This document shows, piece after piece, positions 1-9,262 of a stretch of DNA of 64,000 bases. Every line of letters begins with the position of its first letter. The first letter of the stretch is position 1. The position numbers and the translations under genes are program-made. The DNA comes from a virus (Duplodnaviria > Caudoviricetes), in IMG/VR virus record IMGVR_UViG_3300030330_004274, positions 96,001 through 160,000 of that record. One strand, 5' to 3'. The notes below the pieces were generated by a model. The model searched no databases and had not been told where the DNA came from. It worked only from the letters and a program-made list of their open reading frames with translations.

Positions 1-2
1 TT

Positions 3-1100
3 GGTCACATTCATCAATTGGTAACTCAACCAGGTATATATGAAGTAAATGGTGGTCAAGTAGATATATCGAACTTTATAGATATTGGTTCGGCAGTTGC
101 AAAAGGAACTTATAGTGGTTCATCAACATTTATCAATCAAACAAGTATTTTTTCACCTATAATTGGCGGTAATACTGGTTACTTCAATGAAACATTTAGA
201 GTTGGTGAATCTGCAACAGGTATTCACATAACAGGAAGTGGAACACCAAACATTAAATCAGGTGATTATGTTACAGGTCACGGAGGTGCTGGATGGATAA
301 TTGATTCAAGTAGTGCCGAATTTAATTCAATTACAGTCAGAGGAACGGTAAGTGCATCTGCTGGAGAAATTGGTGGATTATCAATTAGTAGTACTAAATT
401 ATCATCTGGAAATTTATTTGAAATATCCGCCTCATCAACATCAGGTGAACTATTCATATCATCAAGTAATTTTAAAGTTTCTAATACTGGTAATATAACT
501 GCATCAAATGTTAATTTAAGTGGTGTGTTAAGTGCATCTGCAGGATTAATTGGTGGATTTACAACTGATGCTAATCACATATCCGCTAATTCAGATAAGA
601 TAGTATTAGATTCAGCCGCAAATAATGGTGAAATAAGAATGGGTGGTGCAACTAATTTAACTAATGGTAATGGTTTTTATGCAAATGGAAATGGTAGTTT
701 TAGAGCTGGTGATGCTGCCGATAACTTTATTAAAAAAGATGGTAATGGATTACAAATAAAATCAGACCCAATAACTTTAGATTCAGATGGTAACTTAACT
801 ATAAGTGGAACATTATCATCAAGTATTGGTAACATTGGTGGTTGGACACTTGGTGAAACTTCAATGTCAAATGCATGGACTGGTTATAGTGGAATAAAAT
901 TAGCAAGAACAGAAGGAATAGTTGGAAAGGGTACAACAAAACACACATATGAAACTCACGGTGGGTGGTTTTTCTTTGATGTTGGACATATATCAATTCC
1001 ACCAGGTTCTGGTGGTCACATTATACAAGATACTGGAGATGAAACTTGGGGTAGTGGAGATGGTGGAATAGCTCCGGCAGGTAATCCAGGTTCAGATTAG
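3..1100 (+). CDS. C-terminal part of a large tail fibre/baseplate-associated protein (5' truncated)
   Basis: Frame is open from nt 3. Gly/Ser/Thr-rich beta repeats (ITASNVNLSGVLSASAGLIGGF, LSSSIGNIGGW). Confidence 0.6.
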   Translation, partial: GHIHQLVTQPGIYEVNGGQVDISNFIDIGSAVAKGTYSGSSTFINQTSIFSPIIGGNTGYFNETFRVGESATGIHITGSGTPNIKSGDYVTGHGGAGWIIDSSSAEFNSITVRGTVSASAGEIGGLSISSTKLSSGNLFEISASSTSGELFISSSNFKVSNTGNITASNVNLSGVLSASAGLIGGFTTDANHISANSDKIVLDSAANNGEIRMGGATNLTNGNGFYANGNGSFRAGDAADNFIKKDGNGLQIKSDPITLDSDGNLTISGTLSSSIGNIGGWTLGETSMSNAWTGYSGIKLARTEGIVGKGTTKHTYETHGGWFFFDVGHISIPPGSGGHIIQDTGDETWGSGDGGIAPAGNPGSD

Positions 1101-1113
1101 GGAGATATAATTT

Positions 1114-2667
1114 ATGGCAAAATATGATTTAAGAATAATATTAGATACTGAAAAAGGTGAAAAACACTCTTATTATAGTAGTGCTTCTTATGCAGGTTTG
1201 GCTCAAGGTGGTAATTTTGCGAATACGGATATAACCCATTCTTTATCTGCATCACAAGTATATGATAGAATTATTAATATGAGGTCTTGTTCATATGTTA
1301 ATTCACCAACTACGGCATCACTTGCAGCAGGTTCTTTTAGTTTTCATGCAAGTACAAGATTTAGTAGTAGTAAGTTTTTATCTGCAAGTTTAAAAAACCC
1401 AGCATCAGGTGTAAATGATACGGGTTCTATTTTATTTGAAGAATCTGAAAGTGCTCCATCAGGTCCAGATTATTTAAAAAGATATAAATTCTTTGGTGAA
1501 AAGGTTAGTTCTGTATTAGGAGTACCAGAAGGAGTATGGATATATTCAGATGAATTTAGACTTTCAAACACAGGTTCTCGTAAAAATTATCTATCAGGTG
1601 ATGTGATTGCTCAATCTCTTGTTTGTACACATAATTTAGGAGTTGCAAATACTGGTCAAGTAACAACTGATATACCATTTAAAGTTGATGGTGATTCAGA
1701 TAGATTTTTAAAATTTATTAATACAAAAGATTATGATATACCAACTGTAGATTTTTTAATAGGATATAATAATGAAATAGATAGATATGTAATTGATGGT
1801 AAAGATACAGCTGGTAATAGAAGTCTTCATATAACTGCAAGTATGATTCAACTGCACGATGATTTACATTTTAAAAATACTACTGGTGCAGGCACAATTA
1901 TGTTTGGAACTAATAAAGCAGAAATCTCTTCAGATTCAACTGGAAAGACACTCACTTTGAAACCATTAGCAGGCGGTGATGTTATTTTTGATTTGTCCAA
2001 TGGTGATGATATAAGATTTAGAAATCCTCAAAGTGATTACTGGTTAGAATTTAAAGGAAATGAATCTCGTATAGATTTAGAAGGAGATTTAAAATTTGAG
2101 GGTACAGGTTCAATATCTGCTATAAAACATATAACTGGAAGTGGAAATATAAAAATGGATGGACATGTGCATGCAAAAACATATCAAAGTATACCTGTAA
2201 TGGCATATAAAACATCTGCAACCAATGGTGAGGAATATTATTTTCCAATTGGTCCACATTATTTCCAATCTACTTACGGTCAAGCACAAATAGACCCCGA
2301 AACTCCATTGGTTCAAACTGCTATGGCTGATTTAAAAATAACAAGAATGAAAATACAATTGGCTACTTTAGCTTTAAACAACATCGGTGGTGGTTTTAAA
2401 ATTTATTGTAGAAAGTGGGGTGGTAGTGGTGATATTGATGATAATGCTAATTGGTCTACTGTAGGAACTGCTTGGACTGTAGCATCATCAAATCAAGCAG
2501 CATACACAAGATTTTATCACGCACCAACGGATTGGGCAATTGATGCTGGTGAGATATGGGGAATGCAATTTGAAAGAAATAACGGATTTGCTGCAGGTTC
2601 AACAAATGTATGGTTTAATGGTGCTATAACAATAGAACAAGATTGGAATAACCAAGTTTCATCATAG
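1114..2667 (+). CDS. Putative tail fibre/virion structural protein
   Basis: GGGAG SD. Contains HITAS/HITGSGNI motifs shared with neighbouring fibre genes. Confidence 0.5.
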   Translation: MAKYDLRIILDTEKGEKHSYYSSASYAGLAQGGNFANTDITHSLSASQVYDRIINMRSCSYVNSPTTASLAAGSFSFHASTRFSSSKFLSASLKNPASGVNDTGSILFEESESAPSGPDYLKRYKFFGEKVSSVLGVPEGVWIYSDEFRLSNTGSRKNYLSGDVIAQSLVCTHNLGVANTGQVTTDIPFKVDGDSDRFLKFINTKDYDIPTVDFLIGYNNEIDRYVIDGKDTAGNRSLHITASMIQLHDDLHFKNTTGAGTIMFGTNKAEISSDSTGKTLTLKPLAGGDVIFDLSNGDDIRFRNPQSDYWLEFKGNESRIDLEGDLKFEGTGSISAIKHITGSGNIKMDGHVHAKTYQSIPVMAYKTSATNGEEYYFPIGPHYFQSTYGQAQIDPETPLVQTAMADLKITRMKIQLATLALNNIGGGFKIYCRKWGGSGDIDDNANWSTVGTAWTVASSNQAAYTRFYHAPTDWAIDAGEIWGMQFERNNGFAAGSTNVWFNGAITIEQDWNNQVSS

Positions 2668-2676
2668 GAGATAATT

Positions 2677-3594
2677 ATGGCAAGAAATGAAGATTTTAGA
2701 AAAGAAACGAGAGAAAAATTAAAACCAAAATTTAAAACAAAAAGACTTTTTGTAACTGGTTCTTCAAAAGATAATAAAGACCAAATCTTAACAGAAGATT
2801 ATAATGAAATGTCAAAATCATTTTCTGAAAATACATATTTATCTCCTAATAAAACTAACGATGCACCATTGGGTGCAGTTGTTTATATGATGAATGAGAT
2901 AAAAGATGATATTGTAGATATTCACACAGAAATATCTCGAAGTGTGTATGTATCACAAGTTTCTGAATACTCAAATATAGCAACGGCATCAATTGGTAGT
3001 ATAAGTTCAAGTTTATTTCCTCATAAAGAAGATACATATAATTTAGGTTCAGCATCAATGGAATGGCACACTGCATATATGTTAACTGCTTCAATTGGTG
3101 GTGGTATATTTACATCTGCTTCATTAGCAGGTGGTGGTGGAAATGCTGATTTTTCAAGTGTTGGAGAAAACATTGTACCAGATTCAGATAATGCTAGAGA
3201 TTTAGGTTCAAGTACAAAAGAATTTAGAAATCTATACATTGATGGAATTGCGTATATTGACAGTATTGCTGGTGGTACATTGACTCGACCTATTAGAACA
3301 ATTGTAACTGCAGTAACTGGTGCTCCAAAAAATAATACATTGGATGCTGGAGATACTAATGCTTTTGAATTTAATGCATCAAAAGCTATTACAATAGATT
3401 TGATAGCACCATCATTTCCAGGACAAGAAATAACAATTATGAACATCAATAGTGGAGCAGTAACAATAACTCGTTCATCAAAGGGACAAGCTAGAACAAT
3501 TTATCATGCAAAAGGTGCAAATCTAACAATAAACCAACACGAAGCTTACAAATTAGTATGTAATCAAAATCAAGTTTGGTATGTGATTAGTTAA
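2677..3594 (+). CDS. Putative tail fibre-related protein
   Basis: AGGAG SD. Tandem 'P..D..Y/RDLGS....W/FR..Y' fibre motifs (PHKEDTYNLGSASMEW, PDSDNARDLGSSTKEFRNLY). Confidence 0.55.
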   Translation: MARNEDFRKETREKLKPKFKTKRLFVTGSSKDNKDQILTEDYNEMSKSFSENTYLSPNKTNDAPLGAVVYMMNEIKDDIVDIHTEISRSVYVSQVSEYSNIATASIGSISSSLFPHKEDTYNLGSASMEWHTAYMLTASIGGGIFTSASLAGGGGNADFSSVGENIVPDSDNARDLGSSTKEFRNLYIDGIAYIDSIAGGTLTRPIRTIVTAVTGAPKNNTLDAGDTNAFEFNASKAITIDLIAPSFPGQEITIMNINSGAVTITRSSKGQARTIYHAKGANLTINQHEAYKLVCNQNQVWYVIS

Positions 3595-3622
3595 TAAAAA
3601 CAATGGAAAAGAATAAAACATT

Positions 3623-3638
3623 ATATTTATATATGAAT
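3623..3638 (+). promoter_or_regulatory. Late-promoter-like motif ATATTTATATATGAAT
   Basis: One of 14 related intergenic copies, each upstream of a + strand gene. Confidence 0.7.
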
Positions 3639-3649
3639 AGGACTATACG

Positions 3650-3997
3650 ATGGCTAAATCTAAAGTAAAATGGAATGGAACAACTGAAGATGGTAGAACC
3701 ACTTCTGTAGTTTGGGGAGATAATCCATTTACTTGGGGTGATGTAGCATTAGCAGTTGAAATAGCAGATGCTATTGATGGTGTTGGTTATAAGAAAAGAA
3801 AAGAACGTCTTGATAATATATTCAAAGACGAGGAAAAAAAGAAAAGATTTATTCACTTGGTTTGTAGAATTAAAGGTGAAAAAGTTTATGATGATAAAGT
3901 AGAAGTAAAAGATGTTGATGTTAAAGTAGAAGATGCTGAATTAGTTGTAGAAACCATTGTAAAGAAGGTTAAGTTGGAGATAAAAGAAAATGTATAA
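3650..3997 (+). CDS. Hypothetical protein
   Basis: ORF with AGGA SD directly after the promoter motif. Confidence 0.7.
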   Translation: MAKSKVKWNGTTEDGRTTSVVWGDNPFTWGDVALAVEIADAIDGVGYKKRKERLDNIFKDEEKKKRFIHLVCRIKGEKVYDDKVEVKDVDVKVEDAELVVETIVKKVKLEIKENV

Positions 3998-4547
3998 ATT
4001 ATATACCGATAAACAAGAAACATTTGAATGTGATTTATTTTTAGAAGGTGCAGATTTAAAAGAATCAACTGCAAGAATATTAGTTGAAACAAAAGATATA
4101 ACTCTTTTATTTCCAGGCACAATATCAAAAGAAGGAAATTGTAAAGTTCCTATTAAAAAATTAAAAGGTTTACTTGGTGAAGATACAACAGGTAATATAA
4201 AATTAGAAGTTATAGCAGAGGATACTTTGATTGAACCTTGGCAATCTGATTTTGTGGTCGAAACATCTAAAAAAGTTACTGTTGAGGTAAAATCACAAAG
4301 TAGTAAAAAACCAATCAGAGAAATTTCAAATAAACCAAAAGTAGTAATCTCTAATGTAAAAAAAGATTTAAATCCAATTAATGAAATAGTTAGTGTATTG
4401 AAAAACAATAAAATAACTTTATCAAAAATTGTTAAAAATAAAAAGAAATTTGCAAATATTCTTGAAAATTATTCAAAAAAAGTTAATTATCAAGGAGGAA
4501 CTAAAAAGTTTATAAAAGAAGTTATAAAAAAATTAAACAAAGTGTAG
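3990..4547 (+). CDS. Hypothetical protein (beta-rich N-terminus, basic C-terminus)
   Basis: GGAG SD, overlaps the upstream gene. Confidence 0.7.
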   Translation: MYKLYTDKQETFECDLFLEGADLKESTARILVETKDITLLFPGTISKEGNCKVPIKKLKGLLGEDTTGNIKLEVIAEDTLIEPWQSDFVVETSKKVTVEVKSQSSKKPIREISNKPKVVISNVKKDLNPINEIVSVLKNNKITLSKIVKNKKKFANILENYSKKVNYQGGTKKFIKEVIKKLNKV

Positions 4548-4559
4548 GAGTGATGAATT

Positions 4560-5093
4560 ATGTCGTTTGATTTAACAAATAAGAACATACAAGACACTTT
4601 TCAGAATTTACTACAACAGACTGGTAGTAGTGATGCATTATATGATTTAGAAGGCACTCAAGTAAATCATATAAATATCACTAATATTACTTCTTCAGTA
4701 TTAGAAATACCAAATACTACTAACCAAACAGGTAACAAATTACACTCAAGAAGTGGAACTTTGTTTTTTGGTGACACAAATCTTGAAACTGGTGGTGGTG
4801 GTATATCAAATGTTGTTGAAGATACTACACCACAGTTAGGCGGAAATTTAGATTTAAATACAACAACCATTAGTGGTAGTGGAAATATAGATTTTTCAGG
4901 TAGTTTAAAAACAACAGCTGTTAATGCTACTGATGATTTCTTTTTACTTAAATCTGGTAGTATGGAAAGTATAAAAGTTAATGGTCAAGGTGTATTAACA
5001 TTAGGAGGATATACTCTTGAACCAACAGCTGTTAGAGGTGGATTATATTATAATCACGATGATGATGAACTTTATGTGGGAAAAAATAATTAA
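4560..5093 (+). CDS. Short tail-fibre-like protein
   Basis: AGGAG SD. VVEDTTPQLGGNLDLN motif typical of phage fibres. Confidence 0.6.
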   Translation: MSFDLTNKNIQDTFQNLLQQTGSSDALYDLEGTQVNHINITNITSSVLEIPNTTNQTGNKLHSRSGTLFFGDTNLETGGGGISNVVEDTTPQLGGNLDLNTTTISGSGNIDFSGSLKTTAVNATDDFFLLKSGSMESIKVNGQGVLTLGGYTLEPTAVRGGLYYNHDDDELYVGKNN

Positions 5094-5108
5094 AAATAAG
5101 TTTTATAT

Positions 5109-5120
5109 ATACTTATATAT
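5109..5120 (+). promoter_or_regulatory. Late-promoter-like motif variant ATACTTATATAT
   Basis: Same extended context TTATATATACTTATATATA as at 55104-55122. Confidence 0.55.
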
Positions 5121-5136
5121 AGATTAGGAGAGTAGA

Positions 5137-6261
5137 ATGGCAACTTGGAAAAAGATTATAACGAGTGGAAGTAACGCTGATTTAAATCAGATAACTGCAA
5201 GTGCAGTTAAATTTCCAGATGATTCAATACCAATTGCTTCACTTGTATCTGATGCAGTAGACATTGTTGCAGGTGATGGATTAAAAACAGGTGGTTCTGT
5301 AACACTTGGTAGTTCTGTAACATTAGATATTGATGTAAGTGATTTTGCAGGAACTGGTTTAAGTGGTGATGGTTCAGAGAATTTAAATATAGATGCTGCT
5401 CAAACAGGTATAACATCCATACTTGCAACTGATTTAAAAATTGGTGAAGATAATGAAACAAAAATTGATTTTGAAACAGTTGATGAAATACATTTTGATG
5501 TAGATAATACAGAATTATTAAATTTAAGTGCTAGTGTAATTAGTGGTTCTGCAGTATCTACTGGTTCATTTGGATTATTACGAGTAGGTGGAACAAGTTT
5601 TACTGCAGCACAATTAACTGATGCAGTTGATAATGATATTGAATTTGATGGTTCTACTGCAAATGGTGTTTTAACATTTAAAGATGCCGATGAAATGTCA
5701 GTTGAAAGTAATTTAACTTTTGATGGAACTAATTTACTTATTGGTAGTACTGGTAAACTATATTTAAATGATGCTGGTGGTGAACATATATCAGGTGATG
5801 GTAATATTTTATCTATTGCAGGTGGAAACGAAATAGATTTAACAGCAACAGCGATTGATATAAATGGTAATGTTGATATTAGTGGTAATACAGTAATTGG
5901 TGGTGATTTAACAGTAAATGGTACAACTACGACCATAGGAACTACTAATACTGAAGTAAAAGACCAATTTATATTTTTGGCAAGTGGTTCTGCTGGTAGT
6001 AATTTAGATGCTGGTATTATTGTACAAAGTGGTTCAGCACATAATTCTGGTTCTGCACTTTATCACGATAAATCAGACCAAAGATGGTCAGTTGCAAAAA
6101 ATATGGGTAAAACAAATAGTGGAGCTACTAATTCACCAACACAATTTGTAACTACAGTAAAAACTGATACTGTAAATCCTAGCACAGATTCTGGTTCGTA
6201 TGGGGCAGGTGAAATGCATGTCAATACATCAACTGGTGAAATTTGGATAAGATTTGGATAA
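5137..6261 (+). CDS. Tail fibre protein
   Basis: N-terminus MATWKKIITSGS is paralogous to 6547. GDLTVNGTTTTI..TNTEVKD fibre motif. Confidence 0.7.
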   Translation: MATWKKIITSGSNADLNQITASAVKFPDDSIPIASLVSDAVDIVAGDGLKTGGSVTLGSSVTLDIDVSDFAGTGLSGDGSENLNIDAAQTGITSILATDLKIGEDNETKIDFETVDEIHFDVDNTELLNLSASVISGSAVSTGSFGLLRVGGTSFTAAQLTDAVDNDIEFDGSTANGVLTFKDADEMSVESNLTFDGTNLLIGSTGKLYLNDAGGEHISGDGNILSIAGGNEIDLTATAIDINGNVDISGNTVIGGDLTVNGTTTTIGTTNTEVKDQFIFLASGSAGSNLDAGIIVQSGSAHNSGSALYHDKSDQRWSVAKNMGKTNSGATNSPTQFVTTVKTDTVNPSTDSGSYGAGEMHVNTSTGEIWIRFG

Positions 6262-6270
6262 GAGGTATGA

Positions 6271-6474
6271 ATGGCAGTAAACTTTAATGGTGGATTTAAA
6301 GTGGGTGGTGTTGAATATAGACATCCACTATCATCAGAAGAAATAAGATTTTTATTAACGATATTAAAACAATGTAATTTTACAGGTGAAGAGTTAGAAA
6401 ATTTAATGGTAATAACTTTGAAATTACAAGAAGAGTATAAAGTAGTTTTAGAAAAAGAAAAACAGACAAAGTAG
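6271..6474 (+). CDS. Small helical protein, possible fibre assembly chaperone
   Basis: GAGG SD, lies between two fibre genes. Function inferred from position only. Confidence 0.5.
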   Translation: MAVNFNGGFKVGGVEYRHPLSSEEIRFLLTILKQCNFTGEELENLMVITLKLQEEYKVVLEKEKQTK

Positions 6475-6535
6475 TTATTGGCCCAATGTGTGGCAACATT
6501 GGGAAGTGGGCTTAACACAAGTAACCAACCGTAAC
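6474..6535 (+). ncRNA. Structured cis-regulatory RNA (three-way junction, c-di-GMP-II-riboswitch-like core)
   Basis: GC-richer intergenic island. P1 GTTATTGG/CCGTAAC; P2 CCCAATGT/ACATTGGG; P3 GG-GCTT/AAGT-AA-CC. Ends immediately before the AGGAGG SD of 6547. Confidence 0.55.
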
Positions 6536-6546
6536 AGGAGGATTTA

Positions 6547-8847
6547 ATGCCAAACTGGAAAAAAGTCATTACTTCAGGAAGTAATGTACATCTCAATCAT
6601 ATAACTTCAAGTGGAAACATTAGTTCAAGTGGTGGAACTTTATCTGCAAATGCAGTTGAAGTACAAGGTAATACTGCACTTAATATAGTTGGTGGTAAGG
6701 TAACTTTTGGACAACACATAGGTGACCTTCAGATTGGTAAAAATACTTCACAAACTACTCTTACAGTAGCAGCACACATAACCGCAAGTGGAAACATAAG
6801 TTCAAGTGGAAGATTACAAGCTATAGCTTTAGATGTGGTAGGTGGGGGTTCATCTACTCGACAAACTGCAGTTCAATATCATTCACCCTCCAATACTATA
6901 ACATTTGGAGATACAGATTTACCAACAAAAGTTCAAGGAACTACTCTTACACTAACTCCAAACATAACCGCAAGTGGAAACATAAGTGCTAGTAATACTT
7001 CATTTTTTAGTGGACAAGATGCAATTTTTACAAGAGAATTAAGAGTAGGTGGTGCTCCTTCAGTAAATGAACCTGGAGTTGTTGTAAGTGGACAAATAAG
7101 TTCAAGTGGTTTCATTTCAACTAAATCACACATAACCGCAAGTGGAAATATAAGTTCAAGTGGAAACTTATCTGTAACTGGTGATTTAAATTTAGATGGA
7201 AAATCTCATTTTGAAGGAAACATAACCGCGAGTGGAGACATAAGTTCAAGTGGTGATATTATTGGTGGTGATTTAAAATTAACAGCTGGTTCAATACAAC
7301 TTGCATCAGATGCAGATAACAAAATAGAGATAGATGGTTCTGGACATAAATATAATGCTAAAGCTGGACATACAATGCATTATAATGAACAACAAGAAAA
7401 TGTTACGATTAAAATGGATTCATCTGCTGGAAACAATTTATTTTCAAAAGGTAATGCACAATTAATTGGAATGGGTGGTAACGAAGACCCTAAAGCTACA
7501 TTAGATATTACAGGTAATTTACAGGCATCATCACACATAACCGCAAGTGGAACAATAAGTGCAAGTGGGGGTGGGCATGTATTTGGAGGAAGTGGAGCTG
7601 GTTCATTAGACGTTCAAGGTACAATTACTTCAAGTGGTGATATAAGTGCAAGTGGTGCAAATTTTATTGGACATGATATTGAATTATATGGAGGACAAGT
7701 TTCCCTAAAAAATTCAGGTTCCCAATCTAATATTAGATTTTATTGTGAATCCAACAATGCTCACTTTGTAAAACTTCAAGCTCCTGCTCACGCTGATTTT
7801 GGTGGTAATGTTACAATAACTCTTCCACCAACAACAGATACATTAGTGGGTAAAACCACAACTGATACTTTAACAAACAAAACTTTAACAAGTCCAGATA
7901 TTAATACACCTGATATTGATGGTGGTACGATTGATAATACGATTATTGGTGGAACAACAAAAACTGCTGGTTCATTTACAATACTTACGGGTGTGAATAT
8001 AACTGGTAGTGGTGCAATAAGTGGAAGTGGAACAGGTTCATTCGGAGCTTTAAAAGTAAATGGAACTGATTATCTTGGTAATCCAACAAGTTATTTGACA
8101 GAACTTGATGAGAGTACTGATGCAACAGATGATAAAATCATCCTTTGGGACCAGAACGCAAGTGCTTGGAAGTATATGACACTTGATAACTTACAAGATT
8201 CTATCGATACAACTGGTGGAGGTGGTGGCGGTGGAATATCATTTGATGGTAGTGCTGCAAATGGTGTTCTTACATTTAAAGATTCCGATGAAGCAACCGT
8301 TGAATCTAATTTAACTTTTGATGGAACTACTTTAATCACTGCTGGTAATTTAAGTGCAAGTGGTAATTTTCAAGTTGAACAAACTGCTTCAATACAATTT
8401 AATAATTTTGACACAGGTTCAAATCCAAGAGGTGATACATATGGTACTGTAGGTAATGCTATGGGTGATATTGTAAAATTTGGTATAGTTGATACAGGTA
8501 CGATGGTTGAAGGAAAAGTATATTATTTGAATACAAGTGGACAATGGGTTTTAGCTAATGCTACTGATAATACTGCTGGTGCAGATGAATTATTAGCTAT
8601 TGCTTTAGGAGATAACCCTGCAGTACACGGAATGTTATTGAGGGGTGTTGTAAGAATATCTAATGCTCCTGCAGCTTCTAATGTAAGAGGTCGTGCGGTT
8701 TATATAAGTACAACTGGTGGGTTAGCAACTACTACAGCCCCAAGTAGTAATAATAATATAGTTAGGGTAATGGGATACCTTTTAGATAATACTAAAAAAC
8801 AAATTTGGTTTAATCCATCATCAGTATGGGTGAAAGTAACAGCATAG
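6547..8847 (+). CDS. Tail fibre protein
   Basis: HITASGNISSSG repeats, TDTLTNKTLTSP motif, C-terminal domain with GKVYYL...W..A.A motif. Confidence 0.75.
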   Translation: MPNWKKVITSGSNVHLNHITSSGNISSSGGTLSANAVEVQGNTALNIVGGKVTFGQHIGDLQIGKNTSQTTLTVAAHITASGNISSSGRLQAIALDVVGGGSSTRQTAVQYHSPSNTITFGDTDLPTKVQGTTLTLTPNITASGNISASNTSFFSGQDAIFTRELRVGGAPSVNEPGVVVSGQISSSGFISTKSHITASGNISSSGNLSVTGDLNLDGKSHFEGNITASGDISSSGDIIGGDLKLTAGSIQLASDADNKIEIDGSGHKYNAKAGHTMHYNEQQENVTIKMDSSAGNNLFSKGNAQLIGMGGNEDPKATLDITGNLQASSHITASGTISASGGGHVFGGSGAGSLDVQGTITSSGDISASGANFIGHDIELYGGQVSLKNSGSQSNIRFYCESNNAHFVKLQAPAHADFGGNVTITLPPTTDTLVGKTTTDTLTNKTLTSPDINTPDIDGGTIDNTIIGGTTKTAGSFTILTGVNITGSGAISGSGTGSFGALKVNGTDYLGNPTSYLTELDESTDATDDKIILWDQNASAWKYMTLDNLQDSIDTTGGGGGGGISFDGSAANGVLTFKDSDEATVESNLTFDGTTLITAGNLSASGNFQVEQTASIQFNNFDTGSNPRGDTYGTVGNAMGDIVKFGIVDTGTMVEGKVYYLNTSGQWVLANATDNTAGADELLAIALGDNPAVHGMLLRGVVRISNAPAASNVRGRAVYISTTGGLATTTAPSSNNNIVRVMGYLLDNTKKQIWFNPSSVWVKVTA

Positions 8848-8855
8848 GAGGGTAA

Positions 8856-9251
8856 ATGGTAGATTATACAAAAGAAGAATTACAACAAATGTTGATAGAA
8901 AAAGATGATGAAGAAAGAGCAGCAGAAGATGCAGCTTTAACATCTTCAGTTTTGTATAAATTTGAACAAGATATGGGAACTACAATAAAATCAAGTGATT
9001 ATGAAATGGTTGTTCATAAAACAACTGGTAGTTTTCAAACTCCAATAATAAGGGTTCATAAAAGTAAAACTCAAAATAAACAATTTATTGAAACACCTCA
9101 TTATTGGAATGAAACAAGAGATGGTGTGTTAGTGGCAAGAGCAAGAACATCTTCTTCTTATTCAAGTGGTTCATATGGTGAATCATACACAACACCAACT
9201 TTACAAATTTTAGGAACAAGAGTAAAAGATTTAACAATATTAAAATCTTAA
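8856..9251 (+). CDS. Hypothetical protein
   Basis: AGGAGG SD, within fibre operon. Confidence 0.65.
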   Translation: MVDYTKEELQQMLIEKDDEERAAEDAALTSSVLYKFEQDMGTTIKSSDYEMVVHKTTGSFQTPIIRVHKSKTQNKQFIETPHYWNETRDGVLVARARTSSSYSSGSYGESYTTPTLQILGTRVKDLTILKS

Positions 9252-9262
9252 AGGAATAAACT

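Noticed and set aside
6482-6503. Hairpin as an intrinsic terminator
   Set aside because: No U-tract follows it, and it is embedded in a larger paired structure ending at the RBS.
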